Translations under genes and position numbers: made by a program
The notes under the pieces: generated by a model
Databases searched by the model: none
What the model was told of the DNA's origin: nothing
Seen by the model: the letters and a program-made list of their open reading frames with translations, nothing else
Source: Vulcanimicrobiales bacterium
GTDB taxonomy: Bacteria; Vulcanimicrobiota; Vulcanimicrobiia; Vulcanimicrobiales; Vulcanimicrobiaceae
DNA length: 64,000 nucleotides
Assembly (NCBI GenBank): GCA_038231455.1
Contig: JBBRLI010000011.1
Coordinates: 51,922 to 115,921 of the forward strand
Direction of reading: 5' to 3'
Part shown: in pieces, positions 19,796 through 30,076 of the stretch
How the letters are laid out: the number at the start of each line of letters is the position of its first letter
Position numbering within the stretch: the stretch's first letter is position 1

Positions 19796-19825
19796 TGGAA
19801 CAAACCGGGCCGGGTAGCGTATAAT
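19796..19825 (+). promoter_or_regulatory. dnaK promoter: ECF-like element overlapping a TATAAT
   Basis: TGGAAC-N16-CGTA (19796-19821); TATAAT at 19820-19825. Confidence 0.5.
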
Positions 19826-19959
19826 AACCCGTACGCAGCCCAGGCGGCGGCGAGTCACACAACCCTCCTTGAGTTTCGATAAGCGGCAAGGCCAGCGTGT
19901 CACCCCTAGCGGGGACGATGCAACGGATGGTCCACGATGCTCGGAAAGCAGAACAACAC

Positions 19960-21822
19960 ATGGCAAAAGTGGTCGGAATCGACCTCGGTACCACCAATTC
20001 CGTCGTCGCAGTCATGGAGGGGCAGTCGCCCACCGTCATCGCGAACGCGGAAGGCAACCGCACGACCCCCTCGGTCGTCGCGTTTACGAAGACGAACGAA
20101 CGTCTCGTCGGCCAACTCGCGAAGCGCCAAGCCGTCACGAATCCGGATCGTACGATCAGTTCGATCAAGCGCCACATGGGCACGGACTTCAAAGTCAAAA
20201 TCGACGGTAAGGACTACACGCCGCAAGAAATCTCGGCGATGGTACTTCAGAAGCTTGTCAACGATGCGTCGACGTATCTTGGCGAACGCGTGACCAAAGC
20301 CGTCATCACGGTTCCCGCGTACTTCAATGACGCACAGCGCCAAGCAACCAAAGACGCCGGACGCATCGCGGGTCTGGAAGTCCTGCGCATCATCAACGAG
20401 CCGACCGCAGCTGCGCTTGCGTACGGTCTCGATAAGAAAACCTCAGAGACGATTCTCGTCTGGGATCTCGGCGGCGGTACGTTCGACGTGTCGGTGCTCG
20501 AAGTCGGCGACGGCGTCTTTGAAGTGAAGTCGACCAACGGCGACACGCGTCTTGGCGGCGACGACTATGACGAACGCGTCGTAACGTTCCTCGTTAGCGA
20601 ATTCCGTAAAGAACAGGGCATCGATCTCTCAAGCGATCGTCAAGCGATGCAGCGTCTTACCGAAGCTGCAGAAAAAGCGAAGATCGAGCTGAGTTCGGTC
20701 GTGCAGACCAACATCAATCTGCCGTTCATCACGGCCGATCAAAACGGTCCCAAGCACATGGACCTCACCTTCACGCGTGCGAAGTTCGAAGAGCTCACGG
20801 CCGATCTCACCGATCGCTGCGTTGCGCCGTTCAAGAACGCGCTCTCGGATGCGAAGATCGATATCTCGCAGCTCGACGAAGTCGTGATGGTCGGCGGTTC
20901 GACCCGTATGCCCGTCATTCAAGAACTCGTCAAGAAGCTCACCGGCAAAGATCTCAACCAATCGGTCAATCCCGACGAAGTCGTTGCAATCGGCGCGGCC
21001 ATTCAAGCCGGCGTTCTCGCCGGTGAAGTGCGCGACGTCGTTCTGCTCGATGTCACCCCGCTCTCGCTCGGACTCGAGACGCTCGGCGGCGTGAATACGA
21101 AGTTGATCGAACGCAACACCACGATCCCGACGCGCAAGACGCAAGTCTTCACGACGGCCGAAGATGGCCAGACTTCGGTTGACATCCACGTGCTGCAAGG
21201 CGAGCGCGAGATGGCGCCCGACAACAAGACGCTCGCGCGATTCCGCCTCGAAGGCATCCCCGCCGCACCGCGTGGCGTACCGCAAGTCGAAGTGACCTTC
21301 AACATCGATGCCAACGGCATCGTTGCGGTTGGCGCAAAAGACCTCGGTACGGGCAAAGAGCAGCAGATCACGATCACCGCATCGACCAATCTCAACAAAG
21401 AAGAAGTCGAACGCATGGTCCGTGATGCCGAAGTTGCCGCCGGTGAAGATCGGACGAAGAAAGAGGAAGCCGAGGTCCGCAACGCTGCGAACTCGCTCAT
21501 CTACTCGACCGAAAAATCGCTCAAAGAAGTCGGCGACAAGGCCGAAGGTGCGGTTCGCGCGGACGTTGAGGCGGCACTCACCGAACTCAAGCGCGTCAGC
21601 GAAAACGGCACGACGGCGGAAGTCAAAGCGGCCACCGAAACGCTGCAGCAGGCATCGTACAAACTCGCTGAGGTTCTCTATCAGAAAACCGGCGCGTCGA
21701 CCGACGGCGCTGCGAACGGCGCAACCAACGGCGCAGGCGCGAACGGCGCGACGCACGACGGCGCTCACGAAGCACCGCACGGCGACGACGTCATCGACGC
21801 CGAGTTCAAAGAAGCCAAATGA
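19960..21822 (+). CDS. dnaK: Chaperone DnaK (Hsp70)
   Basis: [32 protein letters not shown]; start MAKVVG at 19960. Confidence 0.99.
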   Translation: MAKVVGIDLGTTNSVVAVMEGQSPTVIANAEGNRTTPSVVAFTKTNERLVGQLAKRQAVTNPDRTISSIKRHMGTDFKVKIDGKDYTPQEISAMVLQKLVNDASTYLGERVTKAVITVPAYFNDAQRQATKDAGRIAGLEVLRIINEPTAAALAYGLDKKTSETILVWDLGGGTFDVSVLEVGDGVFEVKSTNGDTRLGGDDYDERVVTFLVSEFRKEQGIDLSSDRQAMQRLTEAAEKAKIELSSVVQTNINLPFITADQNGPKHMDLTFTRAKFEELTADLTDRCVAPFKNALSDAKIDISQLDEVVMVGGSTRMPVIQELVKKLTGKDLNQSVNPDEVVAIGAAIQAGVLAGEVRDVVLLDVTPLSLGLETLGGVNTKLIERNTTIPTRKTQVFTTAEDGQTSVDIHVLQGEREMAPDNKTLARFRLEGIPAAPRGVPQVEVTFNIDANGIVAVGAKDLGTGKEQQITITASTNLNKEEVERMVRDAEVAAGEDRTKKEEAEVRNAANSLIYSTEKSLKEVGDKAEGAVRADVEAALTELKRVSENGTTAEVKAATETLQQASYKLAEVLYQKTGASTDGAANGATNGAGANGATHDGAHEAPHGDDVIDAEFKEAK

Positions 21823-21901
21823 GTTTTGCCATATGCTCGACATTCGTCGAGCATGTGGTAGCAAAACTCCGACCACGTTCAGCTTTTGCTGAACGTGGTC
21901 G
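21821..21901 (+). other. Two tandem intergenic RNA hairpins (dnaK-grpE)
   Basis: 21821-21869 interrupted stem; 21870-21901 perfect 14-bp stem CGACCACGTTCAGC-TTTT-GCTGAACGTGGTCG. Confidence 0.75.
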
Positions 21902-21935
21902 ATCACGCACTCTACACATCCTTTAAGGTGTTTTC

Positions 21936-22445
21936 ATGGAGAATGAGACGGGCGCTGCGGATTCCGCGACCGTGACTGCTGAGGGCGTCGATCTCGCAAG
22001 CGAGCTCGCCCTTGCGAAAGCCAAAGCTGAGGAGAACTACAATAAATTTCTCTATGCGATGGCGGATTTCGAAAATTATAAAAAGCGCATCGAGCGTCAG
22101 CTCGGTGAGATCGCGCTCTCCGGTAAGAAATCGGTGCTCGTGAAGTTTTTGCCCGTGCTCGATAATCTCGAGCGCGCGCTGACCTTCGATCCGGGTTCCG
22201 AGGGACTACGCGGCGGATTGCAGGCGACGCTACGCGGATTCGAATCGGCGTTCGCAAGTGAGAACGTCAAGGCGCTCTCGCTCAAAGGCCAGCCGTTCGA
22301 TCCGAAAGTCGCCGAAGCCATCGGCACGCAAGCGGCCGACGGCGTCGAGGACGACATCGTCCTCGAAGAAGCGCAGCGCGCGTACATGTATGGCGAAGAT
22401 CTGCTTCGACCGGCTTCGGTGATCGTAGCAAAAGCTGCGGACTAA
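21936..22445 (+). CDS. grpE: Nucleotide exchange factor GrpE
   Basis: ADFENYKKR, LPVLDNLERAL, FDP, LLRPASV. Confidence 0.96.
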   Translation: MENETGAADSATVTAEGVDLASELALAKAKAEENYNKFLYAMADFENYKKRIERQLGEIALSGKKSVLVKFLPVLDNLERALTFDPGSEGLRGGLQATLRGFESAFASENVKALSLKGQPFDPKVAEAIGTQAADGVEDDIVLEEAQRAYMYGEDLLRPASVIVAKAAD

Positions 22446-22449
22446 CCGT

Positions 22450-22490
22450 TGCGGTGCTCGGATGAATCGTCGTTCGAGCATCGCATTTTC
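22450..22490 (+). terminator. Hairpin with short U tail between grpE and dnaJ
   Basis: 16-bp stem with three G-U pairs, 4-nt loop, followed by TTTTC. Confidence 0.55.
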
Positions 22491-22515
22491 AAATTTTTGC
22501 TAAGGCTCGATGTGT

Positions 22516-23532
22516 ATGGCGCTCAACTATAAGAATTATTACGAAGTTCTCGGCGTCCCCAAAGACGCCGCCGAAAAAGATATCAAATCGGCCTACCGTC
22601 GCCTTGCGCGCAAGTGGCACCCCGATGCCAATCCGAACGACCAAAAGGCTGCCGAGGAAAAATTCAAAGAAATTGCCGAGGCCTACGAAGTGCTCGGCGA
22701 CTCTGAAAAGCGCAAGAAGTACGACGTCCTCGGGAACGATTGGCAGCGCGCGGCGCGCGAAGCCGAACAGCAGCGCACGTATCGCAGCGCGCAGCAAGAA
22801 TACGGCAATTTCAACGGTGCCCCCGGCGGCCCGGGCGCGGGGCCGAGCGGCTTTTCGGACTTCTTCGACATGTTTTTCTCGGGGATCGGCAAGCGTGGCG
22901 CGCCTGGACCCTCGTCGTTCTCGCAGCGCGGCCAGGATCTCGAAACAACGATCGAGCTCACGCTCACCGAGTCGTACAACGGCGGAAAAAAATCGGTTTC
23001 GCTCCAACTCGAAGACGTCTGCACGCGCTGCGGCGGCACGGGGACGGATCGCAATCGCATCTGCGCGCTGTGCCACGGAACCGGACGGACCCTCGAGACG
23101 AAGAAATTCGATGTAACGATCCCGCGCGGCGTGCGCGAGGGTCAGCGGATTCGCCTTGCCGGTCAGGGTGGGAGCGGCGTCGGCGGCGGCCAAGGCGGCG
23201 ACCTGTTCTTGGTCGTCCAGCTGCGCTCGGATGAAAAATACGAACGTAAGGGCGACGATCTTTACGTCGACCTGCCCGTGAGCATTTACGATCTCGTTCT
23301 CGGCGGAGACGTCCGCGTCCCCACGATGACGGGCGACGTCACGATGACGATCCCGGCGGGTACCCAGAGCAACAAGCTGCTGCGCCTCGGCGGCAAAGGC
23401 ATGCCCAAGCTCAAAGATAGCGGTTTCGGCGATGAATACGTCAAGCTGGTGGCTCAGCTTCCGGCAAATCTCACGGACAAAGAGACCAAGCTCTTCAAAG
23501 AACTCGCAACGCTCCGCAACGGAAAGATATAG
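22516..23532 (+). CDS. dnaJ: DnaJ/CbpA family co-chaperone with a half zinc finger
   Basis: J domain with HPD, G/F region FSDFF, only two CxxCxGxG motifs, DnaJ C-terminal domain. Confidence 0.9.
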   Translation: MALNYKNYYEVLGVPKDAAEKDIKSAYRRLARKWHPDANPNDQKAAEEKFKEIAEAYEVLGDSEKRKKYDVLGNDWQRAAREAEQQRTYRSAQQEYGNFNGAPGGPGAGPSGFSDFFDMFFSGIGKRGAPGPSSFSQRGQDLETTIELTLTESYNGGKKSVSLQLEDVCTRCGGTGTDRNRICALCHGTGRTLETKKFDVTIPRGVREGQRIRLAGQGGSGVGGGQGGDLFLVVQLRSDEKYERKGDDLYVDLPVSIYDLVLGGDVRVPTMTGDVTMTIPAGTQSNKLLRLGGKGMPKLKDSGFGDEYVKLVAQLPANLTDKETKLFKELATLRNGKI

Positions 23533-23655
23533 CGCGTAAAACCATCGTTACACGCGATCTATCTGCTACAAAACCACTACAACGAGTGATTCTTTCGGCG
23601 TATCATTGATGTGCGCATATATAGCGCAACACTGATTACAGAAGGATCACTCCCC

Positions 23656-23823
23656 GTGAAAACCGCCCCGGTTGTAAAAACCGACGTGAAGACCGAGTCC
23701 GAAGCCGAACCCACGCTGAACTTCTCCCGGATCATCAAACTCTCGCCCAGTGCCGGCACGTTCGCCGGATGGGGACCCAAGATGGCCGGATACGCGTTCG
23801 ATGCGCTTCGCCGTCTGAACTGA
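23656..23823 (+). CDS. Hypothetical 55-aa protein
   Basis: GTG after GAAGGA; GC-rich third positions; followed directly by an intrinsic terminator. Confidence 0.55.
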   Translation: MKTAPVVKTDVKTESEAEPTLNFSRIIKLSPSAGTFAGWGPKMAGYAFDALRRLN

Positions 23824-23827
23824 GAAC

Positions 23828-23856
23828 AAAAACCTCGGCTCGCGCCGAGGTTTTTT
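23828..23856 (+). terminator. Intrinsic terminator
   Basis: AAAAACCTCGGC-TCGC-GCCGAGGTTTTTT. Confidence 0.85.
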
Positions 23857-23925
23857 ATTATCCGAGGCGGCACCAAGGCCGGGCCCGAGTAACCGCGCGT
23901 GCTTCGGTGGAGTTAAGGAAGTCGT

Positions 23926-25746
23926 ATGTTAGGTGGCCCGCCGACCCACATGATGTGGTCGAATATGTTCAGTCCCGATAAGCCGACGATCAAGCGCAAA
24001 GCGGATTGGAAGCGAATCGGCGCATTTTTCAAGCCCTATTGGCGCGAGCAAATCATGGTGCTCGTCTGCATCCTGGTCGGCTCGCTCCTCGGGCTGCTAC
24101 CGCCGCTGCTCACGAAGTGGCTCATCGATGACGCGATTCCGAACAAGTCGATGTCCGGCGTCTTCGGCAACGTCGGCGCGATGATCGCTGCGGCTGCGGT
24201 CGCGGCGATCATCGGCGTCTACCAAGGCTACCTGAACTCGCTCGTCGGCGAGGGTATCATGCGCGATATCCGCACGAGCCTCGTCGGCCATCTGCACAAC
24301 ATGCCGCTCACGTTCTTCACCAATACGAAGACCGGCGAGATCATGAATCGTGTCTCAAGCGACGTAGACAACGTCGACAACGTGGTCACCGGGACGCTCG
24401 TCTCGATCGTCACGAACGTCTTCACGATGTTCACGACCGTCGTGACGATCTTCATCCTCGATTGGCGACTTGCGATTCTCGCGCTCGTGATCGTGCCGCT
24501 CATGCTCTTGCCGCTCTCGCCGGTCGGCCGACGGATGTACGACATCCGCAAGCAGACGCGCGTGAAGCGCGACGAGATTGAATCGATCACGCAAGAAACG
24601 CTTTCGATCTCCGGCATCGTTCTTATCAAATCGTTCGTGCGCGAAGCCTTCGAACGTAGCCGGTTCTACGCCGTCGGCACGGATCTCATGAATTTAGAGA
24701 TCCGCCTTGCGATGGTCGGCCGCTGGTTCATTGCCGCGATTACCGCGATGGTGATCGTCGGTCCCGCGCTCGTGTGGCTCGGCGGCGCCTATCTTGCCGT
24801 TCAAGGCATTATCACGATCGGCACGATCGTCGCCTTCGTCGCGTATCTCTCGCGTCTGTATAGCCCCGCAGCGGCGCTCGCGGGCGTCCAGGTGCAGATC
24901 GTCAGCGCCCTTGCCGTCTTCGAACGTATCTTCGAATACCTCGATATGGATGTCGAAGGTCACGAAATCGCAAACCCGATCGTGCTCACGGAGTCGCGCG
25001 GCGAGGTTGCCTTCGAGAACGTGCAGTTCTCCTATTCTTCCGAACGCACGGCACTTGACGGCGTGAGTTTTCACATCGCACCGGGTCAGATGGCCGCGTT
25101 CGTCGGCCCCTCGGGCGCCGGCAAGACAACGATCACGCAACTCGTGCCGCGGTTCTACGATCCGCAGTCGGGCTCGGTCCGCATCGACGGGTACGACGTA
25201 CGCGATCTCAAGCTTGCAAGTCTGCGCGAACAGATCGGCATCGTCACGCAGGAGACCTATCTCTTCCACGACACGATCGAGGCAAACTTACGCTACGCAC
25301 GCGAAAACGCAAGCGAAGCTGAGGTCATCGCCGCGGCGAAAGCAGCAAACATCCACGACTTCATCGCCCGGCTACCCGAGGGCTATAAGACGATCGTCGG
25401 CGAGCGCGGACACAAACTCTCCGGCGGCGAGCGCCAGCGTCTCGCGATTGCGCGCGTCTTGCTCAAAAATCCGAAGATCCTCATCCTCGATGAGGCAACG
25501 AGCGCGCTCGATTCGAACAACGAATCGCTCATCCAAGCCGCTCTCGTACCTCTGATGGAAGGGCGCACGAGTATGGTGATCGCGCACCGTCTCTCGACGA
25601 TCCTCGCCGCCGACATCATCTTCGTCGTCGACGGCGGCAAAATCGCCGAGAGCGGCAGCCACGAGGCGCTTCTCGCGCGGAACGGCATCTACGCGAGTCT
25701 CTACTGGAAGCAATTCCGAGACGATCCGGCGCCGCAGGCGGTGTAA
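23926..25746 (+). CDS. ABC exporter, fused permease/ATPase (MsbA/MdlB-like)
   Basis: 6-TM domain plus GPSGAGKT, LSGGERQR, LILDEATS. Confidence 0.95.
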   Translation: MLGGPPTHMMWSNMFSPDKPTIKRKADWKRIGAFFKPYWREQIMVLVCILVGSLLGLLPPLLTKWLIDDAIPNKSMSGVFGNVGAMIAAAAVAAIIGVYQGYLNSLVGEGIMRDIRTSLVGHLHNMPLTFFTNTKTGEIMNRVSSDVDNVDNVVTGTLVSIVTNVFTMFTTVVTIFILDWRLAILALVIVPLMLLPLSPVGRRMYDIRKQTRVKRDEIESITQETLSISGIVLIKSFVREAFERSRFYAVGTDLMNLEIRLAMVGRWFIAAITAMVIVGPALVWLGGAYLAVQGIITIGTIVAFVAYLSRLYSPAAALAGVQVQIVSALAVFERIFEYLDMDVEGHEIANPIVLTESRGEVAFENVQFSYSSERTALDGVSFHIAPGQMAAFVGPSGAGKTTITQLVPRFYDPQSGSVRIDGYDVRDLKLASLREQIGIVTQETYLFHDTIEANLRYARENASEAEVIAAAKAANIHDFIARLPEGYKTIVGERGHKLSGGERQRLAIARVLLKNPKILILDEATSALDSNNESLIQAALVPLMEGRTSMVIAHRLSTILAADIIFVVDGGKIAESGSHEALLARNGIYASLYWKQFRDDPAPQAV

Positions 25747-26456
25747 TGTCCCTGGGCGTCGAGCACCTCACGAAGCGATTCGGTAAGAAACTCGCGGTTA
25801 GCGATCTATCCTTTCGCGTGAATGCGGGTGAACTCGTCGGCTTCATCGGCCCAAACGGCGCTGGAAAGACGACGAGTTTGCAGTGCATCGCGGGCTTCTT
25901 ACGGCCCGACGCCGGACGCATCAGCATCGACGGGCAGGTCATCGAACGCGAGCGCGGCCGTTTCGTTTCACTCATCGCAGAAACGCCGGACGTTTATCCG
26001 ATGCTCACCCTGTGGGAGCACCTCGCGTTTGTCGCTCGCGGCTCGCGCCTCGCGGCGGGATGGGAAGCCGATGCCGAGGCGCTTTTACGTCGCTTCGGCT
26101 TGCTCGACGAACGCGACACGCTCGGCGGCGCCGCGTCCAAAGGCATGCGCCAAAAAACGCTGATTGCTGCGACGCTACTCGCGCGAACGCGCGTCGTGCT
26201 CTTAGACGAACCGATGATCGGCCTCGACCCGCAGGGACAGCGCGAACTCAAAACACTCGTCGAAGAGTTGTGCGAACAAGGCATGGCGGTCGTCATGAGT
26301 ACGCACCAAATCGACACCGCGCAAGAAATGTGCGACCGCGTTGTGATCCTCAACCGCGGGACGGTCGTCGCCGATGGAACCTTCGACGAGCTTCAAGCGC
26401 AGCGCGCGACTGCCGCGTCGCTCGAATCGATTTACTTCGACCTCACGGCTCACTGA
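25746..26456 (+). CDS. ABC ATP-binding protein
   Basis: GPNGAGKTT, SKGMRQK, LLDEPMIGLDP. Confidence 0.93.
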   Translation: MSLGVEHLTKRFGKKLAVSDLSFRVNAGELVGFIGPNGAGKTTSLQCIAGFLRPDAGRISIDGQVIERERGRFVSLIAETPDVYPMLTLWEHLAFVARGSRLAAGWEADAEALLRRFGLLDERDTLGGAASKGMRQKTLIAATLLARTRVVLLDEPMIGLDPQGQRELKTLVEELCEQGMAVVMSTHQIDTAQEMCDRVVILNRGTVVADGTFDELQAQRATAASLESIYFDLTAH

Positions 26457-28034
26457 ATGTTCGGCGCTCTCCCGTATCTCGAATGGCGGATCGCACGCAA
26501 CCAATTCCGCGCCTTGCTGCGCAGTCCGTGGCGTCTCCTGGCCTGGGTTCTCTACGCGGCCTACCTCGGCGGGATGATCTATCTGCGCGCTCACCCACGT
26601 TCGCACGCCAGTCCCGCGCCATCGATGCTCTCACGGGAACTCGCGACAACGATCGCCGGCGTCGCACTTCTCATGACCGGCGCGACGATCTTGACCTCCA
26701 CCGGGAACGGCGTTCGCATTTTTCGGTCGAAAGCGGACGCGCTACTGTTGCCGCGTGCGGGCGTGGGCGGACGCGATCTCGTGCTTTGGCTGCAGTTGCG
26801 TACGATCGTCGGACGCGCGTGGTACTTTGTTGGATTCGTTCTTTTCTATGTTGTTGGGATCGCGCCGAACGGTGCCTCGCAGCTCGGATGGACGACGCTG
26901 CTGACGGTTCTCGTATCGCTCTCGACGGCAACGCTCGGGCTCCCGATCTATCTTGCGTCCATCACCGGGTTGCGGACCGCGATACGCACCTTCGGCGGAT
27001 GCACGCTAGCTGCGGGGTTCGTCTTCGCGATCGCCGTCGGCGCGCAGTGGCTTGCGCATCAGCACGCTCTCCCAGCGGCGGTGACGGCGACTGCAAACGC
27101 CTATCTTGCGCATGTCACGCTCGCACCGGGCGACGTGATTCGCGGCGCGCTCGGCGGTTCGCCGGCCTTGTATCTTGCGCTCGTCGCGGTCATCATCATC
27201 GCGACGCTCGCGGCCTATGCACTCGCGGCGGACGTCTATCCCGAATTGACCGAAGCTTCGTTTCGGTTGTTCGATGTGGTCGAGCGTGCGAGGCGCGGCG
27301 AGGCCAAAGTCGCGCGCGCGACGACCTCGACGCGCGTTCCCGCTGGCGCCGCCATTCTGCTGTGGAAAAGCGCACTGGTTTTTTCGCGTTCACCGAGCGC
27401 CAAAATTCTGTTCGCGGTCAGCGTGCTCGTCGCGCTGATCCTGGGTACGCTGCTGGGTTTTGTGCTCCAGGATCCCGATCCGCAAGGCTTGATCGTCACG
27501 GCGGGAATGCCGCTGCTTCTCTTGGCCGTCGTTGGATTTGCATCCACGTTCAGCCTCGCCGCCGACGTGAGCAAACCGTACTGGTGGCTCACCGGAGGCT
27601 CGCTCTTCGAGCGCCTGGTCTATTGGACGATCGGCGAGACGCGTTACGCCGCTGCTGCCTTTGGGATCGGTGTCTTGATCGAGACGATCGTGGGAGGTCT
27701 TGGTATCGTTGCGGCGCTCGCGACGATTTCTGCGTGTGCGCTGTGGTGGTCGACGTACGCCGTTGGAACGCTCGTCTTTATCGTCCTGCCCGGGCAGATC
27801 GATCGACGCGGACCGGGTATGATGCTCCGCTTCATCACCGGGTGGATACCGCTCTTAATCTTGGTCGGATTCTACGGCGCCGCGTTCGCTCTCGGCCATA
27901 ACGTCGCCATCGCCTTCGTGGTTATGACGTCTGCGGCGATCGCCATGGGGCTCGGGGCGCTGGCCCTTGCTGCAGAACGACTCGCGTACGGCGGCGGCGC
28001 GACGTTCGCGCGTGCGGCTGCAGAACAGAGCTAG
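26457..28034 (+). CDS. Putative ABC exporter permease (about 12 TM)
   Basis: Very hydrophobic, F..AD..LL motif, coupled to the ATPase gene. Confidence 0.75.
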   Translation: MFGALPYLEWRIARNQFRALLRSPWRLLAWVLYAAYLGGMIYLRAHPRSHASPAPSMLSRELATTIAGVALLMTGATILTSTGNGVRIFRSKADALLLPRAGVGGRDLVLWLQLRTIVGRAWYFVGFVLFYVVGIAPNGASQLGWTTLLTVLVSLSTATLGLPIYLASITGLRTAIRTFGGCTLAAGFVFAIAVGAQWLAHQHALPAAVTATANAYLAHVTLAPGDVIRGALGGSPALYLALVAVIIIATLAAYALAADVYPELTEASFRLFDVVERARRGEAKVARATTSTRVPAGAAILLWKSALVFSRSPSAKILFAVSVLVALILGTLLGFVLQDPDPQGLIVTAGMPLLLLAVVGFASTFSLAADVSKPYWWLTGGSLFERLVYWTIGETRYAAAAFGIGVLIETIVGGLGIVAALATISACALWWSTYAVGTLVFIVLPGQIDRRGPGMMLRFITGWIPLLILVGFYGAAFALGHNVAIAFVVMTSAAIAMGLGALALAAERLAYGGGATFARAAAEQS

Positions 28035-29992
28035 CGGCGCTCGTCGATCGCGACGAGCGACTTCGGATTTTCGAGCGCGCTCAAATCACCAAGATCGGCG
28101 ATTGCAAGATATCGGCCGCGCGCGACACGACGCATTACTTTGAGATTGCGTGTCTTCGGCAAATCGTCGACGAAGTAAATCGCTTTTGGCCGCAGCGACT
28201 TCCCCATCATACGGTCGACGATCGCAAAGAGTTCCTTGCGTAGCTCGTCGCCTTCGCTCGCGCGATCTTTCGCAACAGCAAGCACGACGACAACGTCGCC
28301 TTTCACATCATCGGGGACGGCGATCGCCGCGGCTTCCTTGATTGAGACGTGCGAGACGACCGCACTCTCGAACTCGGCCGGACCGACGCGTTTTCCCGCG
28401 ACGTTAATCGTATCGTCGCTGCGGCCGCGGATGAACCAGTAGTCGTGTGCGGGCGCCGACTCGATGATGCACCAGTCGCCATGCACCCACAGATTCGGAA
28501 AGCGTTCCCAATACGTTGCAAGATAGCGCGCGTCATCGCCGCCCCAGAAACTCTGCGTCATACCCGGCCACGGCTCGCGGATCACGAGTTCGCCGACTTC
28601 GCCGCGAACCGGTTTGCCCTGGGCATCGACGACATCGGCAACCATGCCGGGGATCGGCCCGTGAAACGAGTTCGGCACGAGGGGCATCGTGGGGAAGCAG
28701 CCGATGATACCGCCGCCGATCTCCGTACCGCCGGAATAATTGATGATCGGCGCGACGTCGCGGCCGACATGATGCGCGAACCACTTCCACGGTTCGGTAT
28801 TCCACGGCTCGCCCGAGCTTGCGAGAATCCGCAGCGCCGAGAGATCGTGCGCGTGCGGGTGCTCGTCACCGTGCGTCATGAGCGAGCGGATTGCCGTCGG
28901 CGCGATGCCCAGGTGCGTCACGCGATGCTCCGCGCAAATCTTCCAAAGACGATCGGGGCCCGGATAGTCTGGAGTGCCTTCATACAGCACGATCGTTCCG
29001 CCGAGTCCGAGCGCACCGAGCACAAGAAACGGTCCCATCATCCAACCCATATCGGTGAACCACAGCATCCGATCGCCGGGCTTCATGTCCATACACAGAT
29101 GTTGGTCGATCATCGTCTTGATCGGAAAACCGGCGTGCGCGTGAACGGCGCCTTTGGGTTTGCCGGTCGAACCGGATGTATAGAGGAGCAGATACGGATC
29201 GGTCGCTGCCGTGCGTTCGTAGGTTGCCAGCGGCGTTGCCGCTGCGACCGTGCTCTCCCAATCGAGATCGCGTCCGGATTGCATCGGAACGTCGAGCCCC
29301 GCGCGCTTGAAGACGAGCACGTGCTCGATGCTCGGCACGCTTGCGAGTGCTTCATCGGCAATGGACTTCGAGATCACGGGCTTGCCCCGGCGCAGCACAC
29401 CGTCGACCGTTAAGAGTATCTTTGCGCGCGCATCGGCAAGCCGCGCCGAGAGTGCATCGGGACCATAGCCGGAGAATGCGGGAACGGCGATTGCACCGCA
29501 GTATCCGATTGCGAGTAGTCCGATTGCGGTTTCCGGAATCAGCGGCATAAAGATGCCAACCGTGTCACCTTTGCGCACGCCGAGGCCGCGCAATGCTCCG
29601 GCAAGACGGGCGACGGCATCGCGCAGTTCATCGAAGGTGTAGCGGCGGACGGCGCCGTCTTCGCCTTCCCAGACAAGCGCTTCGGCCGATCCGCGTCCCG
29701 CGGCGATATGGCGTTCGAGACAATTCGCCGGCGCATTAAACCCGGCGCCTGGAAACCAGCGGGCGAACGGCTTATCGCGCGAGAGGTCGACGACACTCGA
29801 CCACGGCGAATCCCAGTGCAGACCCAGCGTCCGCACGATCTTCTCGTTGAAGCCGGTAAGATCGGAGGCGACGTACGCGAGCAGCGCGGCATAGTCGGGG
29901 ACGCCGACGGACTTCATAAACGCCGTTAAATTCGCGCTTGCGATCTGGTCGCTTGTGGGATGCCAGGCGTAGTCGGATGCGGTCGTCGTCAT
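28031..29992 (-). CDS. Acetyl-/acyl-CoA synthetase (AMP-forming)
   Basis: YTSGSTGKPKG, SGGTE, GRSDDTINVAGKR, LPKTRNLKVMRR. Confidence 0.92.
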   Translation of the reverse strand: MTTTASDYAWHPTSDQIASANLTAFMKSVGVPDYAALLAYVASDLTGFNEKIVRTLGLHWDSPWSSVVDLSRDKPFARWFPGAGFNAPANCLERHIAAGRGSAEALVWEGEDGAVRRYTFDELRDAVARLAGALRGLGVRKGDTVGIFMPLIPETAIGLLAIGYCGAIAVPAFSGYGPDALSARLADARAKILLTVDGVLRRGKPVISKSIADEALASVPSIEHVLVFKRAGLDVPMQSGRDLDWESTVAAATPLATYERTAATDPYLLLYTSGSTGKPKGAVHAHAGFPIKTMIDQHLCMDMKPGDRMLWFTDMGWMMGPFLVLGALGLGGTIVLYEGTPDYPGPDRLWKICAEHRVTHLGIAPTAIRSLMTHGDEHPHAHDLSALRILASSGEPWNTEPWKWFAHHVGRDVAPIINYSGGTEIGGGIIGCFPTMPLVPNSFHGPIPGMVADVVDAQGKPVRGEVGELVIREPWPGMTQSFWGGDDARYLATYWERFPNLWVHGDWCIIESAPAHDYWFIRGRSDDTINVAGKRVGPAEFESAVVSHVSIKEAAAIAVPDDVKGDVVVVLAVAKDRASEGDELRKELFAIVDRMMGKSLRPKAIYFVDDLPKTRNLKVMRRVARGRYLAIADLGDLSALENPKSLVAIDERR

Positions 29993-30076
29993 AGCTCCAG
30001 GGGTTCATTCCCGGCGGTCGTGACCCTTGAGGGCAAACGACTCGGCGGAGCCTTGTGCGGGTATGGCTAATTGTAG

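Noticed and set aside
19868-19890. CTTGAGT, a HAIR (HspR) half-site, upstream of dnaK
   Set aside because: The second half does not match ACTCAAG at the 7-nt spacing, and no hspR follows dnaJ.
15266-23651. Exact 13-mer CAGAAGGATCACT in two intergenic regions (15266 and 23639)
   Set aside because: Only two copies with unrelated flanks; compatible with chance.
25883-27901. 672-aa alternative-frame ORF and many other long shadow ORFs (e.g. 20629-21906, 45402-46784, 36822-38192)
   Set aside because: Arg/Ala-rich or antisense frames overlapping well-supported genes, as expected in high-GC DNA.
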